A stretch of 43,204 nucleotides of DNA from positions 1 through 43,204 of the forward strand of contig JAVYWK010000016.1 in the NCBI GenBank assembly GCA_038727095.1, written 5' to 3'. The DNA comes from Thermofilaceae archaeon (lineage in GTDB: Archaea > Thermoproteota > Thermoprotei > Thermofilales > Thermofilaceae). The first letter of the stretch is position 1; each line of letters starts with the position of its first letter. Made by a program: the position numbers and the translations under genes. Below are positions 8,926-18,400 of this stretch, piece by piece. A model generated the notes under the pieces. The model did not search any database. It was given only the letters and a program-made list of their open reading frames with translations, and was not told the origin of the DNA.

Positions 8926-9960
8926 GTGAGGGTAGGTGTTATCGGCTGCGGGAGCATCGGAAAGGTGCACATTAAGAATCTGAAAGCTGTAGGAGCTGAA
9001 GTTGTCGCGGCTTGCGATATAGATGAGGAGGAGTTGAAGTATGTTAAGGCCAACTTCGGCGTCGGTAACCTATACAGGGACTACCGCGATTTAATTGCGC
9101 GCAGCGACATCGATGCTGTTGTGGTTGCTACGCCGAACTACCTGCACCACAGGATGACGATTGACGCACTCCGGGAGGGGAAGCACGTCCTTTGCGAAAA
9201 GCCTCCCGCACTCACAGCCCGGGAAGTTAAAGAGATGTACGATGAGGCCCGCAGGCGCGGGAGAGCCCTCCTCATCGGTCTCACTCTGAGGTTTAGGGCC
9301 GATAGCCGGGCTTTGAGGAAGTACGTGGAGGAGGTCGGTATAGGAGAGGCTTACTACGCCCACGCCTCTCTGTTGAGGAGGTCCGGCATCCCGGGCTACG
9401 GCAGCTGGTTTACGCGCAAGGCTGAAGCCGGTTCGGGGCCCTTGTACGACATCGGCGTCCACGCGCTGGACATCACTATGTGGCTGATGAACAAGTTCCG
9501 TGTAAGGGAGGTTTACGCGTCAACCTACGCCAAGTTCGGTCCGCGCGGGAGGGGTCTGGGCACTTGGGGTAAGCCAGTTCCGGGAGGCCCCTTCGATGTC
9601 GAGGACTTAGCGTCTGCAATGTTCAAGATGGAGGATGGAGCTACAATCTTCCTTGAGGTCAGCTGGGCGGCCCACATCGCGGGTGATAGCTTCCGCGTAC
9701 TGGTGCTGGGCGAGAGGGGAGGGCTAGAGTTTCCGGGTGCGAAAGTTTACAGCGAAGAAGGAGTTCTTGTTGATAAACAGCTCAGGTACCAAGAGGAGGA
9801 TCCTTACGTCGTTGAGATGCGCCACTTCGTGGAAGTCGCAGAAAAAGGGGTGGAGCCCATTACAAAACCTGATGAGATGGTCGGTCTACAGGCTGCGCTT
9901 GAAGCGGCTCTCAAGTCGGCGGCTGAGGGTAAAGTGGTGAGGGTTTCAGAGGTTCTTTAG
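8926..9960 (+). CDS. Gfo/Idh/MocA family oxidoreductase
   Basis: GVIGCGSIG, ATPNYLH, HVLCEKP, GPLYDIGVHALD, FDVEDLA. Confidence 0.92.
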   Translation: MRVGVIGCGSIGKVHIKNLKAVGAEVVAACDIDEEELKYVKANFGVGNLYRDYRDLIARSDIDAVVVATPNYLHHRMTIDALREGKHVLCEKPPALTAREVKEMYDEARRRGRALLIGLTLRFRADSRALRKYVEEVGIGEAYYAHASLLRRSGIPGYGSWFTRKAEAGSGPLYDIGVHALDITMWLMNKFRVREVYASTYAKFGPRGRGLGTWGKPVPGGPFDVEDLASAMFKMEDGATIFLEVSWAAHIAGDSFRVLVLGERGGLEFPGAKVYSEEGVLVDKQLRYQEEDPYVVEMRHFVEVAEKGVEPITKPDEMVGLQAALEAALKSAAEGKVVRVSEVL

Positions 9961-11033
9961 AGGCTCTTGGCCGCGCGCTGCAGCTCAAGGAGGATCTTTG
10001 TAACTTTGTAACCCCACTGAACAGAGGGGAGGGGTTCAGCTCCTTTAACTATGCACTCCGCGAGGTGATCAACGGATTCGTGGTAGTACGGTCTTATTAC
10101 TCCAATCTCCTTCCTGCCGAGCACCTTTGTGGAACCCTTCGCCACCACCGTGATCTGAGGGGTCCACGGCTCAACTGTCGCAGCGCCGTCTGTGCAGTAA
10201 ATCTGGATCGGTGGTGCGCGAAGGCCGTGGAAGGTGACGTAGTTGGCGAGAATCACCGCTAGGCCTCCATCATATTCGAGGATCCCTGCGAAGTTATCGA
10301 ACGCTGTGACTTCAACGGGTAGAGTAGGCTGAACGTCGTGGAAGTAGTAGGTGCCACGCCCATAGGTGTCCGGGCGTATTGAGGCTGTCACCGTATCAGT
10401 ATCGATAATCAACCTAGTTTTCAGGAGTATTGAGCCGAGCGCAGCCACGCGTTTCGGCTCTCCGAAAAGGGTTAAGAGTCGGGCTACATCGTATACCGCT
10501 AGGTCAAAGAGTACGCCCCCACCCGCCTCTTCTCTCAGGAAGGCCTCTGACCACATGGGTCCGCTGTGCCCCGTGTGCCACACTGAGAAGCAGTGGCGCC
10601 CCAACTGGGTGAGCTCTGCTTTCAACACTCGGTATAGGGGGGAGAGGAGCGCATCGGAGGGCTCTGCAAGGGCGATTACACCGCTCTTCTCAACGCTCTT
10701 CACTACCTTCTCGGCGTCCTCAAGCGAAGTGGCCATTGGTTTTTGGACGATGAAGTGCTTTCCCTGCTCGCTGGCTCTGATTGCTAATGGAGCGTGAGAT
10801 TCGTGGCTCGTTGCGATTACTACTGCCTCCACCTCTGGGTCTGCGAGGAGCTTCTCCGGATCTGAGTACCACCTTTCCGCGCCCCACAGCTCGGAGCTCC
10901 TCCTAGCCCTCTCAGCGATCTTATCAGATACGGCTACGAGCCTATGGTGCCTGGCAATGTAGGGCAGGTAATAGTTGTTCGCTACGTTTCCACAGCCGAT
11001 GACGCCGAACGATACTTTCCTACCGGTGCTCAT
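9957..11033 (-). CDS. Gfo/Idh/MocA family oxidoreductase (QKP, DxxxY variant)
   Basis: GVIGCGNVA, ATSHESH, HFIVQKP, GGGVLFDLAVY. Confidence 0.88.
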   Translation of the reverse strand: MSTGRKVSFGVIGCGNVANNYYLPYIARHHRLVAVSDKIAERARRSSELWGAERWYSDPEKLLADPEVEAVVIATSHESHAPLAIRASEQGKHFIVQKPMATSLEDAEKVVKSVEKSGVIALAEPSDALLSPLYRVLKAELTQLGRHCFSVWHTGHSGPMWSEAFLREEAGGGVLFDLAVYDVARLLTLFGEPKRVAALGSILLKTRLIIDTDTVTASIRPDTYGRGTYYFHDVQPTLPVEVTAFDNFAGILEYDGGLAVILANYVTFHGLRAPPIQIYCTDGAATVEPWTPQITVVAKGSTKVLGRKEIGVIRPYYHESVDHLAECIVKGAEPLPSVQWGYKVTKILLELQRAAKSL

Positions 11034-11757
11034 CGCACTGTTCTCTAGTCGCGGGTTTAAACGGCTTGCTCATGAGCTGCCCCAAGCGGGCTCTCCGGCC
11101 CGCAACGATCTCGTACTGCACCTTGGGAAGCTCAAGTCTGCAACCGTAGTCCGCGATGCTCCTCGCACGCCCCGTCACGGCTGAAAAGGCCTCGTCATCC
11201 TCAAGGAGGGTTAAGAGGTAGGCAGCCAGTTCCTCGCTGAAGAGCACGCCGCCGGCCGTGACGGGGTAGCAGTAGGGCAGGTGAATCTCCACCCCCTCAC
11301 CTCTCAGGACTACTCCGAGAGCAACCTCGAGGAGCGAGAGTTCTTCCCCCTCTGCTACCCGCGCAGCGATGTAGGCTGCCCCGTCGATGCTCAGCTGGCA
11401 GGAGCCTAAGGTTCTCGACTCGGCGTTCAACCTTTCGGTCAACAGCTTCCTGGTTCTCTTTCGGGGTGGGAAGTCGCCCATTATCCCTCCAATCACAACG
11501 TACTCGAAGCTGTCAAAGTCGTCCGGCGAGAGGGGTTTGACGGCCGAAGGATCGAGCACGAGAATCCGTTCCCCCTCCGTCAACTCCCCCACGCTAAACT
11601 CGACAACCTCGGCGAACGGTTGCAGACACTCCTGCTCGCTCCTGTCCTTGACGTTCGTGATCAGCAACTCTCCGACAAGTTCAGCCGCGTGCTTGTACTC
11701 CAGGTACGCCCAGGGGGAGACTGTTGGCTCGAGGTGCTCAATTACGAACCTCGCCAT
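11020..11757 (-). CDS. Sfm1-like SPOUT methyltransferase (DUF431)
   Basis: VIEHLE...WAYLEY, VLDPSA..LSPDD, IGGIMGDFPPRKRT, RTLG..QLSIDGA. Confidence 0.85.
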   Translation of the reverse strand: MARFVIEHLEPTVSPWAYLEYKHAAELVGELLITNVKDRSEQECLQPFAEVVEFSVGELTEGERILVLDPSAVKPLSPDDFDSFEYVVIGGIMGDFPPRKRTRKLLTERLNAESRTLGSCQLSIDGAAYIAARVAEGEELSLLEVALGVVLRGEGVEIHLPYCYPVTAGGVLFSEELAAYLLTLLEDDEAFSAVTGRARSIADYGCRLELPKVQYEIVAGRRARLGQLMSKPFKPATREQCDEHR

Positions 11758-11819
11758 CCCGCCTAGGTAGGAGGGTTAACGTTTTTCAACCTATAAGCTA
11801 CGCCCTCTCCGGGCAAACC

Positions 11820-12665
11820 GTGAGCATCATTGCGGAAGGGGGGTTCCCCTGCTTGCTGCAGATTAAACCGCGTGAGAGAGCGCGAGCATCAGTCATAGCA
11901 GTCGGCTCCGCGCAAGAGACAGCACACTGGATGGTACGCAGGCTCAGGGCGATAGGTTACGAGGTTGAGCGCGTGACGAACGTTGAGGTGTTGAAGAGTG
12001 TCATCGAGGAGGCTGTTGCGAGCGCGCTCGACGAAGTTGACCTCGTGGTGATTGTGGGCGGCATCGAGTTGGGCTCTGCACCCGCCTTCGAGGCGGTGGC
12101 GTCAGTGCTCGGCAGGCAGCTAGTTGAGGACGAAGAGGCTAAGCGCATGGTGGAGGAGTACCACCACTTTATCACTGGGGAATCCGAGCTCGCGTCACCG
12201 GAGGGGTATCGCGTGTTCTATACTCTGCCTGACGGTTCGATCGTGCTCCGCAACCCGAGAGGGCCTGCTCCAGGAATCTTACTCGAGGAGAACGATAAGT
12301 ATCTCTTGTGCGTACCGGGGGTTCTGGCAGAGGCAGGTGCTATAGTGGAGGAGGAGGCTGACCAGTACATAAGAGAGCTGCTCGGAGTTCGCCTCTCCGC
12401 TTCTGTTCACATAATGACTAAGAGCTGGGATGAGGAGGGGCTCTGGCGCGTCGCGGAAAAGGTTTCCAAAGTAGCTCCGTGGGCTTTCGTGCAGGTTAAG
12501 CGGAATGTCTTCTCAAAGGATGGTTGGGGCGTGACGATCACGGTGTTCGCTAAGACGCCCAGCGATTTGAGCGAGAAGCTTGTGAAGGCGGTGGAGTTAA
12601 CAGAGGAGGAGTTGAGAAAAAACAGTATTCAATTTCTCGAAAAGAGCCTGAACGAGCTGCTGTAA
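11820..12665 (+). CDS. Divergent CinA/molybdopterin-binding-domain protein (start uncertain: GTG 11820 or TTG 11853)
   Basis: ASVIAVG, DLVVIVGG, EAVASVLGRQLVED, LPDGSIVLRNPRGPAPG, LCVPGV follow the CinA N-terminal domain layout, but the canonical acidic motifs are missing. Confidence 0.7.
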   Translation: MSIIAEGGFPCLLQIKPRERARASVIAVGSAQETAHWMVRRLRAIGYEVERVTNVEVLKSVIEEAVASALDEVDLVVIVGGIELGSAPAFEAVASVLGRQLVEDEEAKRMVEEYHHFITGESELASPEGYRVFYTLPDGSIVLRNPRGPAPGILLEENDKYLLCVPGVLAEAGAIVEEEADQYIRELLGVRLSASVHIMTKSWDEEGLWRVAEKVSKVAPWAFVQVKRNVFSKDGWGVTITVFAKTPSDLSEKLVKAVELTEEELRKNSIQFLEKSLNELL

Positions 12666-12695
12666 ACCTCGGGAGGGTGGACCACGGGTTAGTAT

Positions 12696-12750
12696 TCACA
12701 GAAACCTACCTTCTCTTCACCACTCAGGCTGGGAATAAAATCATCACGCT
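12696..12750 (-). ncRNA. Probable C/D box 2'-O-methylation guide sRNA
   Basis: Minus strand reads GTGATGA (C, 12747-12741), 13-nt guide, CTGA (D'), GTG, GTGAAGA (C'), 12-nt guide, CTGT (variant D, 12701-12698). TTTAAA box at 12774-12779 lies about 24 nt upstream. Confidence 0.7.
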
Positions 12751-12808
12751 TGTAATCTGATCTGCGATGCGGATTTAAACCTATTTGCAGAAGGCTTCGG
12801 GGCTGAGT

Positions 12809-13465
12809 ATGCGTCTCGTGTTCATGGGGCCTCCCGGTGTTGGAAAGGGGACGTATGCTGCGGCGATTTCTGAAAGGTTCGGAATCCCGCATGTTTCGAC
12901 AGGCGACATGATTAGGGAGGAGATCAAGAAGGGCACGGAGCTGGGCAGGAAGCTCAGAGAGTACGTGGAGAGGGGTGAGCTCGTCCCTGACGAACTTGTG
13001 ACTGAGATCGTGCGCGCCAGGCTTAGCCAGGAGGACTGCAAGCACGGCTTCATCCTCGACGGTTACCCACGTACGCTAAAGCAGGCGGAGGACTTGGATA
13101 AAATGACGAAAATCGATTTGGTGCTGAACTTCGTAGCCCCAGATGAGGTCATCGTCGATAGGATAAGCGGAAGACGAATCTGCAGGAAATGCGGTACTAT
13201 CTATCACGTCAAGTACATGCCTCCAAAAGTTCCGGGTGTCTGCGATAGATGCGGCGGCGAGCTCTATCAGCGGGAGGATGATAAACCGGAAGTTGTGCTG
13301 AGAAGGCTTGAAGTGTACAGACAGCAATTTGCCCCCATAATTAATTACTACAAGGAAAGGAACCTCATTGTTGACATTGACGCGAGCGATCAGGCAGAAA
13401 TTGTTATACCTCGAGTCATCGAAGCTCTTCGGACAAGAGGATTCACACCGTTGAGAAATGTCTAG
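12809..13465 (+). CDS. adk: Adenylate kinase, bacterial/long type with zinc LID
   Basis: GPPGVGKGT, HVSTGDMIR, GELVPD, GFILDGYPRT, CRKC...CDRC, QREDD; start at ATG 12809. Confidence 0.95.
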   Translation: MRLVFMGPPGVGKGTYAAAISERFGIPHVSTGDMIREEIKKGTELGRKLREYVERGELVPDELVTEIVRARLSQEDCKHGFILDGYPRTLKQAEDLDKMTKIDLVLNFVAPDEVIVDRISGRRICRKCGTIYHVKYMPPKVPGVCDRCGGELYQREDDKPEVVLRRLEVYRQQFAPIINYYKERNLIVDIDASDQAEIVIPRVIEALRTRGFTPLRNV

Positions 13466-13552
13466 GCCCACACAACGGTGGGATGGGCTCTCCTGATGAT
13501 TTCAGGCATTAGTAAGCTCTAACCGAAATATTTATCCCAGCTTCGTGCTGAG

Positions 13553-15490
13553 TTGAGTGTGGCAGGGCAAGAAAGCTCTACGACGAGGGTCTCGGGTCTC
13601 ACAAAGCGAACCCTGCTAATCCTAACGATGCTAATCCTCTTACTAGTGCCTTCAAACATCTACATAGCGTTGGCCGGCGGCGTATTCGGAGTTTTAAGCA
13701 ATTACACGCTCGTACTCCTGTTCATTTACGTTAGCCGTTTTCTTGGCGCCGATCTGTCCAAGCAGGAGGTCTACGCCCTCTTCTACGCTCTATCTTTTCA
13801 GGTATTCTTCAGCGCGTACCCCTTGATATACAGAGCCTATCTGAGGGTTGGCGAGGTCACAAACTCGTTCCTGATAGCGGGGCAACCGGTAGCTAAGCTT
13901 TTACCAACGTGGCTTGCACCCCCATTTGATTCAACGATTTTCACGCTCAGGACCTTCTTCCACCCCCACATGCTTGTACCACTTCTCATCGCTCTCACAT
14001 TCACCGTGCTCTGGCTCATAGCAGAGCTATCCATGATACTGCTAACCTCCTACCTCTTCGTTGAAGTGGAGGCGCTACCCTTCCCCTTCGCGCAGATAGA
14101 CGCAACGTACATCTCCATGCTGACCGATCGCCCCGCCGAATGGCTCCGAGGCTTTCTGCCTATGGTCGGCATCTTGTTCTTCGTATCCACGCTGATATAC
14201 CTGCCAAGCGTAGGCATAATCGTAGGCTTACCCGTGCCAGCGATAGGCTTCTACGATTTCACCCCTCAGATAACCGACTACCTGCCAGGCGGCATCATAG
14301 GTGTGGATTTTACGCCGTGGGCTTTCTTCTCGGGCTTCATGATGCCGCTTGATGTGACGGCAGCCGCACTGGTTACTTCGATCCTCGTTTGGACAATCCT
14401 GAACTCGCTCTTTGTAACGCAACCCTTCTTCAGGTCCTTCTTCCCCGACTGGGCTCAGGAGTACCAGAAGGGCATGACTTTCTGGATGATCTGGGAGAGA
14501 TCCACGCTGAGGATATGGGCGCCGATTCAGATGGGCGCTGCGCTAGGCATGTCAATCCTCCTCGTCGTCAGGTACAGGAAGGAGATCGCGAGGGCGCTAA
14601 CTGCGCTGGCAAGGGCCGGTTCGGCTCAGGCGAGGGAATACCCGCCACTGCCCGTGCTCCTAGCCATGTTCTTTGTCGCAACGGGAGCTGCGAGTGTTCT
14701 GTACTGGATGCTTATGCCCGGTTTGCCCCTTTACGTGATCACCGCGATGGTGATGGGGCTGGGCCTCTTGATACCGATTACAAACGCTTACATGACTGGG
14801 AAAGCGGGTCCCAGCCTGGGAATGCCACCCTACGCTTGGCAGGCCGTAGTTTACTCCATGATAGACTTCTTGCCGCCTTCAACACGCGTCGCGGCCTTGT
14901 TGTTCGGGCCTCCCATGGTGGGTGGAATGACGGGTGGCGGTGTTCAGGCGATTAAGGTGGCTAGCCTAGTGGGTGCGAGGCCGATGGATTTGGTGAAGAT
15001 CATCGTGATATCCTTCGTCATAGGCACCATCGTGAACATCCTGGTGTTGGACGCGATGTGGAAGCTGGCACCCATACCTAGCATGGCTTATCCGTCCACC
15101 GTTGGCATGAGGGATCAATCGGCGTACGACTGCGTTGTGATGTCGGGAGTGCTACCATTGAAGCCGGAGGTGATCCTACCCTCAACGGGCTTCTTCCTGC
15201 TGTTATTCGCAGCCCTGGAATCCATGAACGTAATTCTCCATTGGCCGTTATCTATCGCGGGCGTGATGATGGGGTTGACGACCAACCCTGGTTTGGCGAT
15301 AATGAGGTTCATCAGTTCGCTGCTCGCGAGCTACATAGTGCCGAAGCTGATTGGTAGGGAGAGGGCTGCTCGTTGGTCTGGGTTCAAAGGAGTCGTAGCT
15401 TCCGGAGCGTTGCTAGGTGATGGGCTGGCGAGCTCCATCTTTACTCTGCTAGGTTTAATAGGCAGGGCGAGCTGGACATGGCCGTGGTGA
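13553..15490 (+). CDS. OPT-like polytopic membrane protein (putative secondary transporter)
   Basis: 645 aa with many hydrophobic segments (roughly 15 by eye); LSKQE, VEVEALPFPFAQ, W...PIPS..YP motifs; ends in TWPW. OPT resemblance is by pattern recall. Confidence 0.65.
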   Translation: MSVAGQESSTTRVSGLTKRTLLILTMLILLLVPSNIYIALAGGVFGVLSNYTLVLLFIYVSRFLGADLSKQEVYALFYALSFQVFFSAYPLIYRAYLRVGEVTNSFLIAGQPVAKLLPTWLAPPFDSTIFTLRTFFHPHMLVPLLIALTFTVLWLIAELSMILLTSYLFVEVEALPFPFAQIDATYISMLTDRPAEWLRGFLPMVGILFFVSTLIYLPSVGIIVGLPVPAIGFYDFTPQITDYLPGGIIGVDFTPWAFFSGFMMPLDVTAAALVTSILVWTILNSLFVTQPFFRSFFPDWAQEYQKGMTFWMIWERSTLRIWAPIQMGAALGMSILLVVRYRKEIARALTALARAGSAQAREYPPLPVLLAMFFVATGAASVLYWMLMPGLPLYVITAMVMGLGLLIPITNAYMTGKAGPSLGMPPYAWQAVVYSMIDFLPPSTRVAALLFGPPMVGGMTGGGVQAIKVASLVGARPMDLVKIIVISFVIGTIVNILVLDAMWKLAPIPSMAYPSTVGMRDQSAYDCVVMSGVLPLKPEVILPSTGFFLLLFAALESMNVILHWPLSIAGVMMGLTTNPGLAIMRFISSLLASYIVPKLIGRERAARWSGFKGVVASGALLGDGLASSIFTLLGLIGRASWTWPW

Positions 15491-15495
15491 GAGTA

Positions 15496-18400
15496 ATGCT
15501 AGGACATCGGGTGTTACTCGCGTTAGCATTAATACTACTTATTACGCCGCTTCTAGCTTCGGCTCAGGAGGGTGTTAACCCCGTACAGGCGGCCGTTCGC
15601 AAGTCTCTGAGGGAGTACAACTACACTCGTGTCTTAGAGCTGGCAGAGCGTATAGCGTCTCTTGGGCCTCGCGCCCCTGGATACCCCGGGTATGAGAGGG
15701 CTTTAAGGCTGATAGTCAACGAGGTTGAGGCTCTTAACCTGACTTACACAGTTCAAAATTTCACCATTATAGCTCCCGTAGAGACTGAGAGCTACGTGGA
15801 AGTTCTAGAACCTCACCACCTTGTTTTGAGAGCTTATAGTCTGTGGCCACATGGGGGGATAGCAGCGGGCGCGGGTGTGAAGGAGGCTCCACTCGTCTAC
15901 GTGGGGAAGGGAGGGTTGGAGGAGTTCGATGGGAAACCAGTTAACGGGAGTATCGTCGTGATGGAGTACGATGGTAGCGGCGGCAACTGGTTGAACGCGC
16001 TCCGCTTTGGGGCGAAGGCAGTCATCTTCCTCGGAGGGGGAAACCCACAGCGTGAAGCTCTCGGAAAGTTCGACCCTATCACCCCTGTGCCCTTCGTGCG
16101 TCTCTACCTGGAGCCCGAGGAGGCTGCAGCTCTCAGAGAACTGTTGAGGAGGGGATCCGCGAGGGCGAGAGTTCGCACCGATATGGAGCTGCGCGACGTC
16201 ACCGGCCACAACGTGCTTGTGGAGATCCCCGGTACCGAGAAGGAGGATGAGATCATAGCGTTTGTAGCCCACTTCGACGCGTGGTGCGTGGCGCCAGGGT
16301 TGGCGAACTCGACGGAGGAGGCGATTTCCGCTGCAGCTCTCCTAGAGCTCATGCGGTACCTGGCTTTAAACAGGCCTCCGCGCACCGCTTGGTTCCTCTT
16401 CACCTCCGGACACTGGAACGGCTTGACGGGGCCCCGCTACTTTATCGAGAATTTCATTCTACGACGACCCGATCTCATCCGAGGCGAAAGAACGATCTGG
16501 TACATCATGGGGCTCGACATTTCAGCCGACATCCCCGTCGCCTCGCTAATCTATGTGGGCCACTTCTACCAGACATCGGGTAGGACTTTCATAACGACAA
16601 AGTTCTACTGGCTTCAGGGCATGGTGAACACGTATGCAGGATTAGTGGGAGAGTACCTCAACGAAACGGGATTACCGCGAAGCGCGGCGCTACAAAACGC
16701 TATACGCATGCTAGGCGCCGTAAGACCCATCGATCTAACTCATGGGCCCGAGTGGATGTGGTCCAGCACGATGAGTAAACCATACGTTTTGGACACCGAG
16801 CCGTTCGTAATCGCCGGGATGGCGGCATTCACGTTAAGAACCTCCTACAGCTACAGACCCTTCGAGGGCGAACCCGTAAGCGATCTACCCTACGTGAGAA
16901 GCAACTTCGAAGACAGGGTTGTACCGCAGCTTGCGTCAGCTGTCATGATCGCTAGCGCGCTCCTGAATGAGCCGACAATCGGCGTAATGAAGAGCTTGAT
17001 ACTTCCGACCAGAAGGCATCCGCTGCTGTACTGGGGCTTCCTGCAATTGCAAGTGCAGGTACTTCAGTACAACATCACTAAAGGCTGGTACGATCCAGCC
17101 CCCTACGCGATTGTTAGGGTTAGCAGGTGGAGCTCGTACCCCTTCGCCTGGATGTTAACCAGGGCGGACCATAATGGCACCGCTTTGATTTACGGTGTTA
17201 CGCCGCAGGGCCTTAACGCGTGGTACGTCGAAGCTTGGAAGATTGTGAACGAGACGTGGATGATCGCACCGGCGTGGGGCATGCGGAGCGGAGGGCCTAC
17301 ATGGATTAACTTGCTCGTGGAAAGGGGTTACACGAGCACTTACGTTATGCCAATGAACGTCAGAGTTCTCGTGGATTTGTATAACCCAACGTTAATGAGG
17401 CGTACACTCGATGATCCCAGGTACGCATCTTCGAACGTTTGGGCAGGTGGTGGGGCATGGCCCACGGTGTTCGAGACTTCAACGGGAATCACGCCTTTGT
17501 ACACTTTTGTCTCCTCAAATGAGAGAAGCGGCATGTACCTGGTGTTTGCTAGCTATGTTCAGAATGTCACTGTGACCCTATCGATCGGTGCGCGCTGGCC
17601 GACGGGTATCGCAATCGAGGCTGAGAAGACCCTGTGGGCGCTAGACTATGCTGTTGGCACGTACACTATAGCGGCGCAAAGGTACTCGGTGCTTAGTGAG
17701 CGCGAAGTGAGAAGGCTTAGCGCCGATCTCATGATTGGCTACGCCGAGCATTACCTCAGCCGAGCTGTTAACGCTCTGCGTAACAACACGTGGAGCGCGG
17801 CTTTCAGGAACTCGCTTGCAGCCTGGAGTTTTGCTTCTCGAACGTACTCTAGCGAGGTTATGCCTCTCTACGAGGAGTGCATAAGGTCAGCCGTCACGCT
17901 AGTACCCTTCATCATCGTCACTGGCTACTTCTTGGAGAGGCTGCTCACAAAGGGTGAGGGGCTCCGCATGATCTTCAACGTTCTCGCTTTTCAGATCGCT
18001 CTATTCGTGATTTACGCGTTTACGCACCCAGCTTTCTGGGTGGTTCCAAGCACGCTGCTAGCAGCTCTCGCCATCGGAATGCTAATTCTGATGAGCATAG
18101 TCCTATGGATATTCTACAGGGAGGCCTCAGATATCGTCTCTCGGGTGGCGGCGCAGCTTCTGGGATACCACGAGGTTGTTACGGAGAGAACAGCTGCCAT
18201 GCTGATGGCCGTGTCTCTCTCGACCGAGAACATGAGGAAGCGGCCACTCAGATCGATACTGACGCTTATCCCGATAGCGGTCTTCGCGATGGCGCTAGTC
18301 TCACTCGCCTCAGTCTCGCCTTACACAGCCGTGCTGCCGAAGCCGATGGAGCTCGTTACTGCCAACTTCTACGGGTTCACCGTAAAAAGGGCGTATGCTG

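Noticed and set aside
12689-13053. Minus-strand ORFs of 118 and 90 aa
   Set aside because: Antisense to adk and overlapping the sRNA candidate; no motifs.
13466-13552. Two short hairpins (CCCAC/GTGGG, CCTGA/TCAGG) and a TGATGA...CTGA pair resembling a C/D sRNA
   Set aside because: 5-bp stems are chance-level, there are no credible internal D'/C' boxes, and the span includes the likely TATA box of the downstream membrane gene.
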